Shown: one piece after another, positions 1-8,682 of the stretch
How positions within the stretch are numbered: the first letter of the stretch is position 1
Layout: each line of letters starts with the position of its first letter
From: a virus
Lineage: Duplodnaviria > Caudoviricetes
DNA: 64,000 nt
Direction: 5' to 3' (one strand)
Virus record (IMG/VR): IMGVR_UViG_3300010352_001202
Position numbers and translations under genes: made by a program
The notes under the pieces: generated by a model
Databases searched by the model: none
What the model saw: the letters and a program-made list of their open reading frames with translations, nothing else
What the model was told of the DNA's origin: nothing

Positions 1-99
1 CATACGGGTGATTTAGCTCTCGCAAGGGAAATTGCGTTAGATCATTTGAATGAGTTTCCAGATTATTACGATAGGCTCGAACAAGTCGAAAAGAAATAA
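1..99 (+). CDS. 3' end of DUF5661-like phage protein (partial)
   Basis: Frame 1 reads HTGDLALAREIALDHLNEFPDYYDRLEQVEKK*; the A.EIA.DHL.E.PDYY..L signature is recognised from memory. Confidence 0.7.
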   Translation, partial: HTGDLALAREIALDHLNEFPDYYDRLEQVEKK

Positions 100-174
100 C
101 TCGCTGTAGTTCAATGGACAGAATAGGGCACTCCTAAGGCTTTGATCACCGTTCGATTCGGTGCAGCGGGACCA
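100..174 (+). tRNA. tRNA-Arg(CCT), CCA encoded
   Basis: Acceptor CTCGCTG/CAGCGGG followed by A-CCA; D arm GTTC-AATGGACA-GAAT; anticodon loop CTCCTAA; T arm CACCG-TTCGATT-CGGTG. Confidence 0.9.
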
Positions 175-180
175 ATAAAG

Positions 181-206
181 AAAAAGGGCACCAAGGTGCC
201 CTTTTT
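181..206. terminator. Bidirectional intrinsic terminator
   Basis: AAAAAGGGCAC-CAAG-GTGCCCTTTTT between the convergent tRNA and a minus-strand gene. Confidence 0.85.
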
Positions 207-221
207 GCTGAGCATAATTTC

Positions 222-638
222 TTATGCTAGGTTTAGATCTGCTTGTCCTAATGCAACAGCAGGTTGTGTTGACCAGCTATAGCTTGTGATGGCGATATTG
301 ATTGGTGCACCAGTTTCCTGAGGAACTGTGTTTGCAACATTAAAAATATCAACACGGAACTGTGCAATCTTTGCGCATGGCAACGGAGCACCACCGAACG
401 GTGTTGCTGTGATAAAGCACTGTCCTGGTAGCAATGCACCTACTGCATTAGCATTTACCATAAACACGATTTCTGATTTTGTTCCATCGCTTACTACATA
501 AGCAGCAGAACCTGTTTGCTTAACAATGTATGCATTGGTAGCAGTTGTATTATCTGCCCAACGAACGCCATTGACACGGATTTGGTTACCAGCTGTAGCT
601 GACGGACCGAACCACTTTTCTTTGATGGGTCTTCCCAT
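222..638 (-). CDS. Hypothetical late (probably virion) protein, MGRPIKEKWFG...
   Basis: ATG at 638 with AAGGAG Shine-Dalgarno; GATAAATA late motif on the minus strand at 682-689. Confidence 0.75.
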   Translation of the reverse strand: MGRPIKEKWFGPSATAGNQIRVNGVRWADNTTATNAYIVKQTGSAAYVVSDGTKSEIVFMVNANAVGALLPGQCFITATPFGGAPLPCAKIAQFRVDIFNVANTVPQETGAPINIAITSYSWSTQPAVALGQADLNLA

Positions 639-734
639 TTTATCTCCTTTGGAATAATATTCCATTATTGTTTTTACATGATATTTATCTCCTTGTCGGT
701 AAATATACAAATAAACGCGCTCAATAGGTATAAA

Positions 735-1556
735 ATGGATTATAAGAAACACTATGAAAGATTGATCGACAAGGCAAAGAATAGATTGCCCCCGAAGGTG
801 AAAGAAGATCATCATATTATTCCGAAGTGTATGAATGGAACAGATGCGCCCGGTAATATCATATCCCTTTCCCCAGAAGAACATTTTGTCGCCCACCAAC
901 TGCTTGTAAAGATATACCCGGGAAATAAGAAACTTATTTCGGCATTATCGATGATGTGCTGTAAGAGTCCGAAAAATAAAAGAAATAATAAATGGTATGG
1001 GAGGATTAGAAAGCAGTTTGCAGAAGCACATTCCGGAGTAGGAAATAACAACGCCAAACTTTCGTCCGAGCAAGTCATTGAGGTATATCATTCTACCGAA
1101 TCATATAAGTTATTATCCGAGAAATACAGTGTAGGAACCTATCAAATAATATCCATAAAAAGAAAACTAACGTATAAGAATGTGACAAGGGATATTTTAG
1201 ATCTGCCGGGATTCTATACAGAAGGTAAAACAACACGTCTCCCTTTGCCTATTGAATTTATTGAAAAGATATTTTACGATTCGGGAGATTATGCTTATTT
1301 CTGGGAAAAATATAAAGCGACAGAAAGAGTCGTCCAAAGCATAAAGAATAAAAAATCATTTAGGAAGATAACATCGGGGTTCGGAACACCTGGTCAGGTA
1401 AGACGTTACGGAATGACGCGCGATGAGGTTGAAGCAGTTTATAATGCGACCGGAACCAACCGTGATGTAGCATTGCGTTTTGGTATACATTACAATACGG
1501 TAAGAAATATCAAAGGTAAGAATTCTCGTGCCTTTGATATCTGGGAGGAATTTTGA
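735..1556 (+). CDS. HNH homing endonuclease with C-terminal HTH repeats
   Basis: EDHHIIPKCMNGTD..GNIISLSPEEHFVAHQLL HNH motif, NAKL motif and repeated helix-turn-helix-like segments; start taken at MDYKKHY. Confidence 0.8.
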   Translation: MDYKKHYERLIDKAKNRLPPKVKEDHHIIPKCMNGTDAPGNIISLSPEEHFVAHQLLVKIYPGNKKLISALSMMCCKSPKNKRNNKWYGRIRKQFAEAHSGVGNNNAKLSSEQVIEVYHSTESYKLLSEKYSVGTYQIISIKRKLTYKNVTRDILDLPGFYTEGKTTRLPLPIEFIEKIFYDSGDYAYFWEKYKATERVVQSIKNKKSFRKITSGFGTPGQVRRYGMTRDEVEAVYNATGTNRDVALRFGIHYNTVRNIKGKNSRAFDIWEEF

Positions 1557-1565
1557 TTTAGCCAT

Positions 1566-1595
1566 TTGACACCTTATATGGTTCGCCGGCATAAT
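1566..1595 (+). promoter_or_regulatory. sigma70-type promoter (probably leaderless transcript)
   Basis: TTGACA-18 nt-CATAAT; ATG at 1601. Confidence 0.65.
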
Positions 1596-1600
1596 TGATT

Positions 1601-1813
1601 ATGGTAAAACAAATCGAGACGTCCAGGAACATTCGAACAACGCTTGACATGCTGCCGGTAACTACCTGGTTAGATAAAAATGTTGTTGATAATAACTGGT
1701 CATGGGTAGTATCGGATACCTACATTCCTGGTTGGGGACATCCGATGATTGTGGAATTTGAGAATCCTGTGACACCTGAATTTCTTACATTATTTAGACT
1801 TATGTTCGGATAA
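1601..1813 (+). CDS. Small hypothetical protein
   Basis: ORF directly behind the promoter; ends ...EFLTLFRLMFG. Confidence 0.6.
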   Translation: MVKQIETSRNIRTTLDMLPVTTWLDKNVVDNNWSWVVSDTYIPGWGHPMIVEFENPVTPEFLTLFRLMFG

Positions 1814-1821
1814 TCCCCGAT

Positions 1822-1850
1822 TTGACACATTGCATGACCGCATGCATAAT
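1822..1850 (+). promoter_or_regulatory. sigma70-type promoter for rIIA-rIIB
   Basis: TTGACA-17 nt-CATAAT. Confidence 0.75.
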
Positions 1851-1882
1851 TGTTAGACAATAAACACAGGAAAACAACAACA

Positions 1883-4051
1883 ATGAAGCTAGATGTCGAA
1901 GTCAACGAAGTAGTATTATCGAATGTGGGAACAACGGGCGAGTTCCGTATTCGTAATTCCGCCAAGGCGTTTAAGATTCTTTCTGACGGCCTATATTCGA
2001 ACAAGATCCGCGCAGTCATTCGCGAACTATCGTGCAACGCATTGGATAGCCATGTAGGCGCCGGCAAAGCAGAAGTTCCGTTTGAAGTACATCTCCCGAC
2101 AATGCTTGAACCGTGGTTTGCGGTAAGAGACTTTGGTTTGGGCCTGGACAACGATCAAGTTGTCAATATCTACACCACCTATTTTGAATCTACCAAGACT
2201 GATTCCAATGCATTCATTGGCGCCCTTGGTTTAGGTTCAAAGTCCCCATTCAGCTACACAGAAAACTTTACTGTTACTGCCATCAAGAATGGAACCAAGC
2301 GCATCTACAGCGCATTTATTAACGACCACGGTGTTCCGTCCATTGCAGAAATGGGCGAAGAACTTACAGACGAAGGAAACGGCGTCGAAGTAAAGTTCAG
2401 CGTTACCGATCGTAGCGATTATAATTCCTTCCGCAACGAAGCACACACGGTGCTGAAGTGGTTTGAACATAAGCCAATCATCACAGGCGTTGAGGGCTTC
2501 CAGCACGGTAAGATTACCTACAAGGATAAGGACATTGTCCCGGGTGTTCATACACGCGGAGAAAACGAAGATTATTACAATCGTGGTAGCTTTGCTATCA
2601 TGGGAAATATTCCGTATCCGTTGAACTATGTTCCGGATGCACAAAAGCACTTCGGCGAACTTGCCAGCCTACTTGATTGTAATCTGGTCCTGGAATTTGA
2701 CATTGGCGAACTTGACTTTGCTGCATCCAGAGAACAGCTTAGTTATATTCCACTCACTATTGCAAGTATCAAACGGAAGCTTGAGCTTCTGAATGCCAAC
2801 CTTGCAAAGCACATTGCGAAAAGTGCAGATGTAATTGAATGTGAATGGAAAAGAGCAGAATACCTTAGAGAGCAGGCACAATCACGGTTGTTCCGCGCAG
2901 CCGTAATTCGTTATGTCACAGATTCGAAGTTTGAGTTGTTTGATGCGTCTAACCATTATGGCAGAAAAGAATTCAAATATCTTACCGCGAAGCTTGCAGA
3001 GCGTGGATTGACCATTACTGCATTCAGCACATATGGTAACGGTTCTACAACGAAGCACAGCGAGAGCCACGAATACACTAACAAGCCTAACGCTACCGGC
3101 GGCCATGAATATATTGGATTTTGGAGCATTCCGGTCGACATGAAGGTAGTTATTGTGCAAAACGATCTGAAAACTGGTTGCCAAGCCAGGGCCAGATATC
3201 ACTTTGCAAATCATTACGGAAAGCAGGCTAGCGTTTTCTGCATCACGCATAGCAGCGACGATCTTGAAGTAAGGCAAGCAGAATATGACTTGCTGATGAA
3301 AGAACTTCACAATCCACCGGTAATCATGAAGGCTAGCGAGCTCGAGAAGAAAGAGCGCGCAAAGCCAATGTCTAGCACAGGCATTGTGGAAATTGGAATC
3401 AAGGCTAACGAACGCGCCGGCCACTCTGGTGCATACATGTGGAGACCGTATCGCGAAGAACTCGACGATAATGTGACCTACTATTATGTTACACTGAATA
3501 ACTGTGATCCTATTGATCAGGAAGGTAACGGCATCAATGTGTTCAACCTGAAGGCGCAGATGGACGAGTGCGGCATTGCAGGAATTCAGAATATCAGAAT
3601 TCTCGGTGTGCGCAAAAATCGAATCAAAGAACTGCAAGATCTGGACAACTGGGTTTGGTTTGAGGATAAGTTGAAAGAAGAAACAGCGAAAATTTCTGAT
3701 GCCCATGTAGCAACACTGGTTGCCGCGGAAATGCTTGATTCTTATTACAATAAAGTGCATACTACGCAAACGATTGCAAATCTTGCAGGACCAGATTCGC
3801 ACTATGCTAAATATGTTAAGGAATATAGTAGCATAAAACGGGCAACCGGTAATGCAACAGCACTCATGACACTTTGCGGTGCCTATGGCAAAGCAGTAGA
3901 AGTGGATAAGGTGAAAAAGAGATTCGAAGATGCTAAGGCAAAGTTGTATGCTACATACCCTTTGCTGAAACATGTACAGACAAACGCGCCTGATATTGTT
4001 GTGGCGCAATACATTAAAATGGTAGACAAACAGGAGAAAGAGAATGAGTAA
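1883..4051 (+). CDS. rIIA: rIIA protein (N-terminal GHKL/HSP90-like ATPase)
   Basis: LYSNKIRAVIRELSCNALDSH, VRDFGLGL, STK..SN..IGALGLGSKSPF; followed by rIIB. Confidence 0.9.
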   Translation: MKLDVEVNEVVLSNVGTTGEFRIRNSAKAFKILSDGLYSNKIRAVIRELSCNALDSHVGAGKAEVPFEVHLPTMLEPWFAVRDFGLGLDNDQVVNIYTTYFESTKTDSNAFIGALGLGSKSPFSYTENFTVTAIKNGTKRIYSAFINDHGVPSIAEMGEELTDEGNGVEVKFSVTDRSDYNSFRNEAHTVLKWFEHKPIITGVEGFQHGKITYKDKDIVPGVHTRGENEDYYNRGSFAIMGNIPYPLNYVPDAQKHFGELASLLDCNLVLEFDIGELDFAASREQLSYIPLTIASIKRKLELLNANLAKHIAKSADVIECEWKRAEYLREQAQSRLFRAAVIRYVTDSKFELFDASNHYGRKEFKYLTAKLAERGLTITAFSTYGNGSTTKHSESHEYTNKPNATGGHEYIGFWSIPVDMKVVIVQNDLKTGCQARARYHFANHYGKQASVFCITHSSDDLEVRQAEYDLLMKELHNPPVIMKASELEKKERAKPMSSTGIVEIGIKANERAGHSGAYMWRPYREELDDNVTYYYVTLNNCDPIDQEGNGINVFNLKAQMDECGIAGIQNIRILGVRKNRIKELQDLDNWVWFEDKLKEETAKISDAHVATLVAAEMLDSYYNKVHTTQTIANLAGPDSHYAKYVKEYSSIKRATGNATALMTLCGAYGKAVEVDKVKKRFEDAKAKLYATYPLLKHVQTNAPDIVVAQYIKMVDKQEKENE

Positions 4052-5069
4052 AGCAGTCCCGTATCTGATCCAAGGCAAGAATATTATCCTTGTGATCAAT
4101 GGCAAAAGTCACACAATTTCCAAGGACACACATATTGCCTACGGCAAGATTGTCGACGCTCTAAAGGCGCAGGATTGGGAAGAGTTGCATAACCTTGTCG
4201 AGCCAGCAAAGGCCATTGTTGATTTTGGCAATGGCAATGTATCGATCGAAGGAAACAAGGTATTCTGGAAAGGCCAGCCGTTCCACAACAGTCTTGCCTC
4301 GCGTATGATTGAAATGTACCAAGACGGATTTCCGATTGACCCGATGGTTCGCTTCATGGAAAACTTGATGGACAACCCATCTAAGCGTTCTGTGGACCAA
4401 GTGTACGGCTTCCTGGAAAAGAACAAGCTTCCAATTACGGAAGATGGTTATTTCCTTGCGTACAAGCGTGTTCGCAGCGATTACAAGGACATTCACTCCG
4501 GCACTATTGATAACAGTGTTGGACAAATTGTCGAGATGGATCGTAATCTGGTCGATGACAATCCGGAATCGCATTGCTCTACCGGTCTTCACTTCTGCAG
4601 CGAAAGCTACCTTGGTGAATTTGGCAGCGCATCGCAGCCTGTCATGATCCTGAAAATTAGCCCTGCTGATGTCGTTAGCATTCCTACCGACTACAACGGT
4701 GCTAAGGGTCGTTGCATGCGATACGAAGTGGTTGCACAAGTCAATGGTAAGCCTGCTGATGCGTTCAGTGCTGTAGTGAATAACGACTATTCGCCGAAGC
4801 CTGCTGCTAAGGTTCCGGAACACAAGACATTGAACCCTGCTGCTGCGTGGCCTTTCGCGACCGGTGCCAATGCTCCTATTGTGGAGACTTTGAGTCCTAC
4901 TCCACGAAAGACTGCACAGTTGTATGACCTGGTTCGTGTTTTTGGCGACTGGGAAGAATATACCGGACTTACGCTCGACGAAGCCCGCGAGCAGAAGGAT
5001 CGTAATGCAAGGCAGAAGAAGGCCCAATTGAAGATTGTTGAAGCTGGCACAAGGAAAGAAGTCCAGTAA
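4044..5069 (+). CDS. rIIB: rIIB protein with C-terminal extension
   Basis: FMENLMDNPS, LPITEDGYFLAYKRV, CSTGLHFCS, P.DVVSIP.DY...KGRC.RYEVV. Confidence 0.9.
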   Translation: MSKAVPYLIQGKNIILVINGKSHTISKDTHIAYGKIVDALKAQDWEELHNLVEPAKAIVDFGNGNVSIEGNKVFWKGQPFHNSLASRMIEMYQDGFPIDPMVRFMENLMDNPSKRSVDQVYGFLEKNKLPITEDGYFLAYKRVRSDYKDIHSGTIDNSVGQIVEMDRNLVDDNPESHCSTGLHFCSESYLGEFGSASQPVMILKISPADVVSIPTDYNGAKGRCMRYEVVAQVNGKPADAFSAVVNNDYSPKPAAKVPEHKTLNPAAAWPFATGANAPIVETLSPTPRKTAQLYDLVRVFGDWEEYTGLTLDEAREQKDRNARQKKAQLKIVEAGTRKEVQ

Positions 5070-5074
5070 GGTTT

Positions 5075-5262
5075 AGTGTGTGGTTTTGTAGGGCCGGTTG
5101 AGTACCTGCGGTCAAGAAATAGCGCCTCTGGATTTATAGCCGTATACGGCTACCATGTGTCTACTAAGGGCGGCCCGGCACTTTCTTCTACAGAAGGAAT
5201 GTAACCGCGGGGGATCCTAAACGCAGGACGGGGAACTTAGGTGGGGAACCTGAGTACACACT
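5075..5262 (+). ncRNA. Large structured RNA with multistem junction and pseudoknot, candidate manA-type motif
   Basis: Closing helix AGTGTGTG 5075-82/TACACACT 5255-62; CCTGCGGT/ACCGCGGG; CGCCT/GGGCG; hairpins TAGCCG-TATA-CGGCTA, TTCTTC-TACA-GAAGGA, TCCT/AGGA and CTTAGGT/ACCTGAG; crossing GCCGG/CCGGC. The family name is from recall only. Confidence 0.65.
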
Positions 5263-5266
5263 TTGG

Positions 5267-5297
5267 ATGGTAGTGGGGCAACTCACTACCATTTTTT
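5267..5297 (+). terminator. Intrinsic terminator / possible attenuator upstream of ugd
   Basis: ATGGTAGTGGG-GCAA-CTCACTACCAT followed by a T-run. Confidence 0.8.
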
Positions 5298-5311
5298 ACG
5301 GAGAAAAAGAA

Positions 5312-6166
5312 ATGTTAAAATTAGGTTTTATAGGATACGGGTTTGTAGGCAAAGCATGTCATTATGCCTTCAAATATAATTCCGAAGCTACAGTGGTTGA
5401 TCCCAAGCATACTCATCTTTCAGTTGCAGAGTTGGTAGATATAAATCCGCATGCTATCTTTGTGTCTATAAATGCGCCTACACTTGATGACAGAACAGTG
5501 GATGCATCTGTAATTTACACGATTTTTAGTCAATTAGTACAGGCAAAGTATGCGGGCATAGTCGTGCTAAAGAGCACATTGCCACCTGAAATAGTAGACG
5601 ATTTATATGTGAAATATGGCCATTCTAAAGTAATGGAAAAGCAGGGACCGTTGCGCTATGTATATTCACCAGAATTCTTAAGAGAAGATCATTGGGAAGA
5701 AGATGCAGTAAATCCACGAATGATTATTCTTGCTGGAGATTGGCATGATTGTAAAGAAGTACAACTCATGTATGAAAGACATTCGCATGTAAAGCATCCA
5801 AAATTTCGATTTGTTGATTATAAAGAAGCAGCATTATTGAAATACACAATCAATGCTTTTTTGGCAAGCAAGGTTGTATTCATGAATCAGATATATCAAC
5901 TTTATAGTGATATACATGGTGGAGGAAAAATACATCCGGAATCATGGGACGATTTTATTCAGATATTGGGCGATGATTATCGTTTAGGATCTAGTCATAT
6001 GGCTGTTCCGGGAAACGACGGACAGTTCGGATACGGTGGTTCGTGCTTTCCAAAAGATGTAAAAGCAATGATCGGATTTGATAAGAATGAGAGATTGACT
6101 GTTCTGCGCGAATCCGAATTAGCCAATACGAAAATTAGGTTGACCGGCGACATAGATCCCGACTAA
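5312..6166 (+). CDS. ugd: UDP-glucose/GDP-mannose dehydrogenase family protein
   Basis: GFIGYGFVG Rossmann motif, VLKSTLPP, YSPEFLRE, KY.INAFLASKV.FMN, catalytic GYGGSCFPKD; GGAG SD. Confidence 0.88.
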   Translation: MLKLGFIGYGFVGKACHYAFKYNSEATVVDPKHTHLSVAELVDINPHAIFVSINAPTLDDRTVDASVIYTIFSQLVQAKYAGIVVLKSTLPPEIVDDLYVKYGHSKVMEKQGPLRYVYSPEFLREDHWEEDAVNPRMIILAGDWHDCKEVQLMYERHSHVKHPKFRFVDYKEAALLKYTINAFLASKVVFMNQIYQLYSDIHGGGKIHPESWDDFIQILGDDYRLGSSHMAVPGNDGQFGYGGSCFPKDVKAMIGFDKNERLTVLRESELANTKIRLTGDIDPD

Positions 6167-6169
6167 AAT
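6140..6169 (+). promoter_or_regulatory. sigma70-type promoter (probably leaderless)
   Basis: TTGACC-18 nt-TAAAAT; ATG at 6175. Confidence 0.55.
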
Positions 6170-6174
6170 GCAGT

Positions 6175-6630
6175 ATGATTAATATTCCTGAAATCAAAAG
6201 AATAATGGCAAATCTTGCCAGAGCAAAGAATGACCCATTGCTCGAATTCGTTATGAATGGCGAACCCGATGCGCTCGAGTTGGAAAGAATTCGCGACGAA
6301 AATCTTCAGCTTTTATTTACAATCACTCGTAAATATAGGGTAAGATACATCTATATTGACAAGACTGAAATCTGCGGTTGCGAAAGTAAGAATGATAACG
6401 GTGGCACTTGGCCTGCGATGTGGGCGATTGCCAAGGCTGTTGGATTTCCTGCTTCCTGCGGAAATCACGATCAATATCAGTGCCACAATTGTGGTATTGT
6501 ATTTCCTAAAGATTCTTACGGAGCATGGGACCTGAAGGAAAAAAGAAAGCTTTCCGATGATGAAGCCGAAAAGTTGAAGTTTCATAGAGTAGCTCATCAT
6601 TTTAGAAGGCAGGATAAGGAGTACGCATGA
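6175..6630 (+). CDS. Hypothetical Cys-containing protein
   Basis: 151-aa ORF coupled to the next gene by an ATGA overlap. Confidence 0.65.
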   Translation: MINIPEIKRIMANLARAKNDPLLEFVMNGEPDALELERIRDENLQLLFTITRKYRVRYIYIDKTEICGCESKNDNGGTWPAMWAIAKAVGFPASCGNHDQYQCHNCGIVFPKDSYGAWDLKEKRKLSDDEAEKLKFHRVAHHFRRQDKEYA

Positions 6631-7001
6631 AATATTTGTTTATCGATGATGAAAGAATGCCAAAGGATGTTACCTGGGTTCTTATTGGTAATGTAGGAAG
6701 CTGGGGTGCGGATTGGGCAATCGTGCGTTCTCTTGAAGAAGCAATTACATGGGTGCTCGACAACGGATTTCCTGATGTGATTAGCTTTGACCACGATTTG
6801 GGAGAAGCGCACTATGCTATGGATTATTCCGATGGTAAAACTGGGTATGATTTTGCCCTGTGGTTGACTGAGCACGATATGGATACAAATACCATGCCGG
6901 AAAACTTCAGCTTCACAGTTCACAGTAAAAACCCTGTGGGCGGGGCCAATATCCAATCACTGCTAAATAACTATATACGGGTAAAGAAGGAAAGAAAATG
7001 A
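6627..7001 (+). CDS. Cyclic-phosphate-processing receiver-like domain protein
   Basis: LFIDDER.P, VRS, ISFDHDLG, KTGYD, VHS.NPVG motifs. Confidence 0.75.
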   Translation: MKYLFIDDERMPKDVTWVLIGNVGSWGADWAIVRSLEEAITWVLDNGFPDVISFDHDLGEAHYAMDYSDGKTGYDFALWLTEHDMDTNTMPENFSFTVHSKNPVGGANIQSLLNNYIRVKKERK

Positions 7002-7138
7002 GCTCAGGTATTTTGAGAAGTTGGTATCTTGCCAAGATGAAAAAGGCAAAAGATCCTGTAGAGTATTTCTATGCGATGCAGGAATTTGTGCTTTACGAGA
7101 TTGGTGTTTTCAACTTCAATCTGTCGAAGTATTTTTAA
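6998..7138 (+). CDS. 46-aa hypothetical protein (not in ORF track)
   Basis: MSSGILRSWYLAKMKK...; ATGA overlap with the upstream stop and an AAGGA SD. Confidence 0.5.
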   Translation: MSSGILRSWYLAKMKKAKDPVEYFYAMQEFVLYEIGVFNFNLSKYF

Positions 7139-7147
7139 TCAGAAATT

Positions 7148-7155
7148 GATAAATA
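7148..7155 (+). promoter_or_regulatory. Late promoter motif GATAAATA
   Basis: T4 TATAAATA-like motif recurring upstream of virion genes throughout the window. Confidence 0.65.
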
Positions 7156-7159
7156 CTCA

Positions 7160-7234
7160 TAACACCCTTAGGACCATTGGTGTTACGCCAACAGGCGTCG
7201 TGGGGAGGTAATTCGCTACTATCTCCCCATTTTC
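7160..7234 (+). ncRNA. Candidate small three-hairpin RNA
   Basis: TAACACC/GGTGTTA, ACGCC/GGCGT and GTGGGGAG/CTCCCCAT stems directly after the late promoter. Confidence 0.45.
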
Positions 7235-7248
7235 GCATCGGAGATGTT

Positions 7249-7416
7249 ATGAGATTGTTTGAATTATTTGAAGCTAAAGCTGATAAAAAGGTTGTCGTCA
7301 AAGCGGCAAAACCTCGTAATTTTGTGGCAAAGAACGCAAAGACATCCGGTGCAGGTGCGCACAAAACTAAGGATAAAAAGCTAAAAAGAGACGAGAAGAG
7401 ACTCGCCGACGAATAA
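7249..7416 (+). CDS. Small basic late protein, candidate internal head protein
   Basis: MRLFELFEA N-terminus; PRNFVAKNA..SGAGAH motif; GGAG SD. Confidence 0.7.
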   Translation: MRLFELFEAKADKKVVVKAAKPRNFVAKNAKTSGAGAHKTKDKKLKRDEKRLADE

Positions 7417-7440
7417 AATCCTTAAGTAACTAATATCCAA

Positions 7441-7471
7441 AAACGCAACTAAACCACATTTAGTTGCGTTT
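7441..7471. terminator. 13-bp hairpin, probable terminator
   Basis: AAACGCAACTAAA-CCACA-TTTAGTTGCGTTT. Confidence 0.6.
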
Positions 7472-7518
7472 CTGTTTTATAAGTAGCTAAAATAGCTAAG
7501 TATCAAAAGGATATTAAG

Positions 7519-8682
7519 ATGGCAAAGAAAAAAACTACCGGTGTACATGTAAGTTGGCCTAAGCCGAGCTTCGCTACCGTTGTTAAAACACATAAACATT
7601 TCAGAACAAACTTTCAAGGAGCAATGATGTACGCTCACTATGAGTTGACTGCCATTGACTTGAAAAAAGAAGTTGTGAAATATTTGAAGCATTTAGATGT
7701 AAAGCATCCTATGCTCGAGCGCATTAAAGATATTGATGAGAATAGATTTGCCACTGTCGGTAAGTATATGTATATTCTTAATCATGGCGCCGATATTCCT
7801 GATGATATCATGACCGGATTAATGCCTGCTATGGAGAAGGTTGTTAATGAGGAAGAAGAAAAGGCCGCAGCGATCAAAAAAGAAGCCGATTATATCGCAT
7901 CTCAGGAGGCAGGTAGTAAGCCTGTTAACGAGAGTCCTAAGATTGTTATCTCTATCCAAGACAGGCTCCGCGAAAGGTCGAGAGAAGTTGCGGGGGAGGT
8001 GGAAGGGTGGTTAGACGACTTTGTGCTGGATAAGAAACTTCCTGCTAAGACTGTAGAGGAATTTGTTAATCTATTCAAATCAAACGAGCTAAAGGCTCCG
8101 CATGCACGCCACATGCATACAATCTTTGAAAGGCGTGCAGCAGAAATAGCAGAGGCAGCAGAAGGTACAAATAAAGACCTCAGCGAAGGCTATTCTAACT
8201 TTACAAAGCCAGAGCTGAAGAAGCTAGATCTATTCCACAAGAATTTATTAAAGGCCTGCGCAATGATGCAGGAAGTTGCTAAGGTTGAAAGAGCACCACG
8301 CAAGAAGAAGCCAGTATCACAGGATAAACTTGTATCTAAGCTCAAGTACAAGAAAGAGGATAGTTCATTAGGAATTGTAAGTTTAAATCCTGTACATATT
8401 CTTGGATCTAAGGAAGTATGGGTGTATAATACAAAAACCAGGAAGCTTGCACAGTACAAGGCAGTTGACGAGCGCGGCCTGCTTGTTAAGGGCGCTAGCC
8501 TAGAGAATTTTTCTACAGATTCTGCAGAAAAAACGCTACGCAAACCTGCCGAAGCACTCGCCGAGTTCAAGAAGGCTAGCAAGGTGAAGCTTAGAACCTT
8601 TTTAAAGGAATTAAGCACATTGGACACACCGGCTGGAGGCAAGCTAAACGAGCATCATGTAATCTTAAGGATTGATAAATGA
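7519..8682 (+). CDS. Hypothetical protein (387 aa, helical, basic C-terminal domain)
   Basis: Long ORF with AAGGA SD. Confidence 0.8.
   Translation: MAKKKTTGVHVSWPKPSFATVVKTHKHFRTNFQGAMMYAHYELTAIDLKKEVVKYLKHLDVKHPMLERIKDIDENRFATVGKYMYILNHGADIPDDIMTGLMPAMEKVVNEEEEKAAAIKKEADYIASQEAGSKPVNESPKIVISIQDRLRERSREVAGEVEGWLDDFVLDKKLPAKTVEEFVNLFKSNELKAPHARHMHTIFERRAAEIAEAAEGTNKDLSEGYSNFTKPELKKLDLFHKNLLKACAMMQEVAKVERAPRKKKPVSQDKLVSKLKYKKEDSSLGIVSLNPVHILGSKEVWVYNTKTRKLAQYKAVDERGLLVKGASLENFSTDSAEKTLRKPAEALAEFKKASKVKLRTFLKELSTLDTPAGGKLNEHHVILRIDK

Noticed and set aside
639-899. N-terminal 87-aa extension of the 222..899 minus-strand ORF
   Set aside because: It overlaps the HNH gene head-to-head; the SD and late promoter point to ATG 638
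2882-5027. Long antisense ORFs (407 aa and 288 aa) opposite rIIA/rIIB; similarly 56626..57249 opposite nadM
   Set aside because: Shadow frames of well-supported genes, with no recognisable motifs or SD/promoter
5092-5211. Resemblance of the intergenic RNA to HDV-like (GGCCGG P1, nested pseudoknot) or glmS (AGCGCC) ribozymes
   Set aside because: No catalytic C in the J4/2 equivalent, oversized L3 and no P1.1; the glmS GACGAGG core is absent
5267-5311. Upstream ATG 5267 as the ugd start
   Set aside because: It lies inside the terminator stem; ATG 5312 has an SD and begins at the Rossmann motif
7177-7248. Longer start for the 7177..7416 ORF
   Set aside because: It runs through the hairpin element; ATG 7249 has the SD
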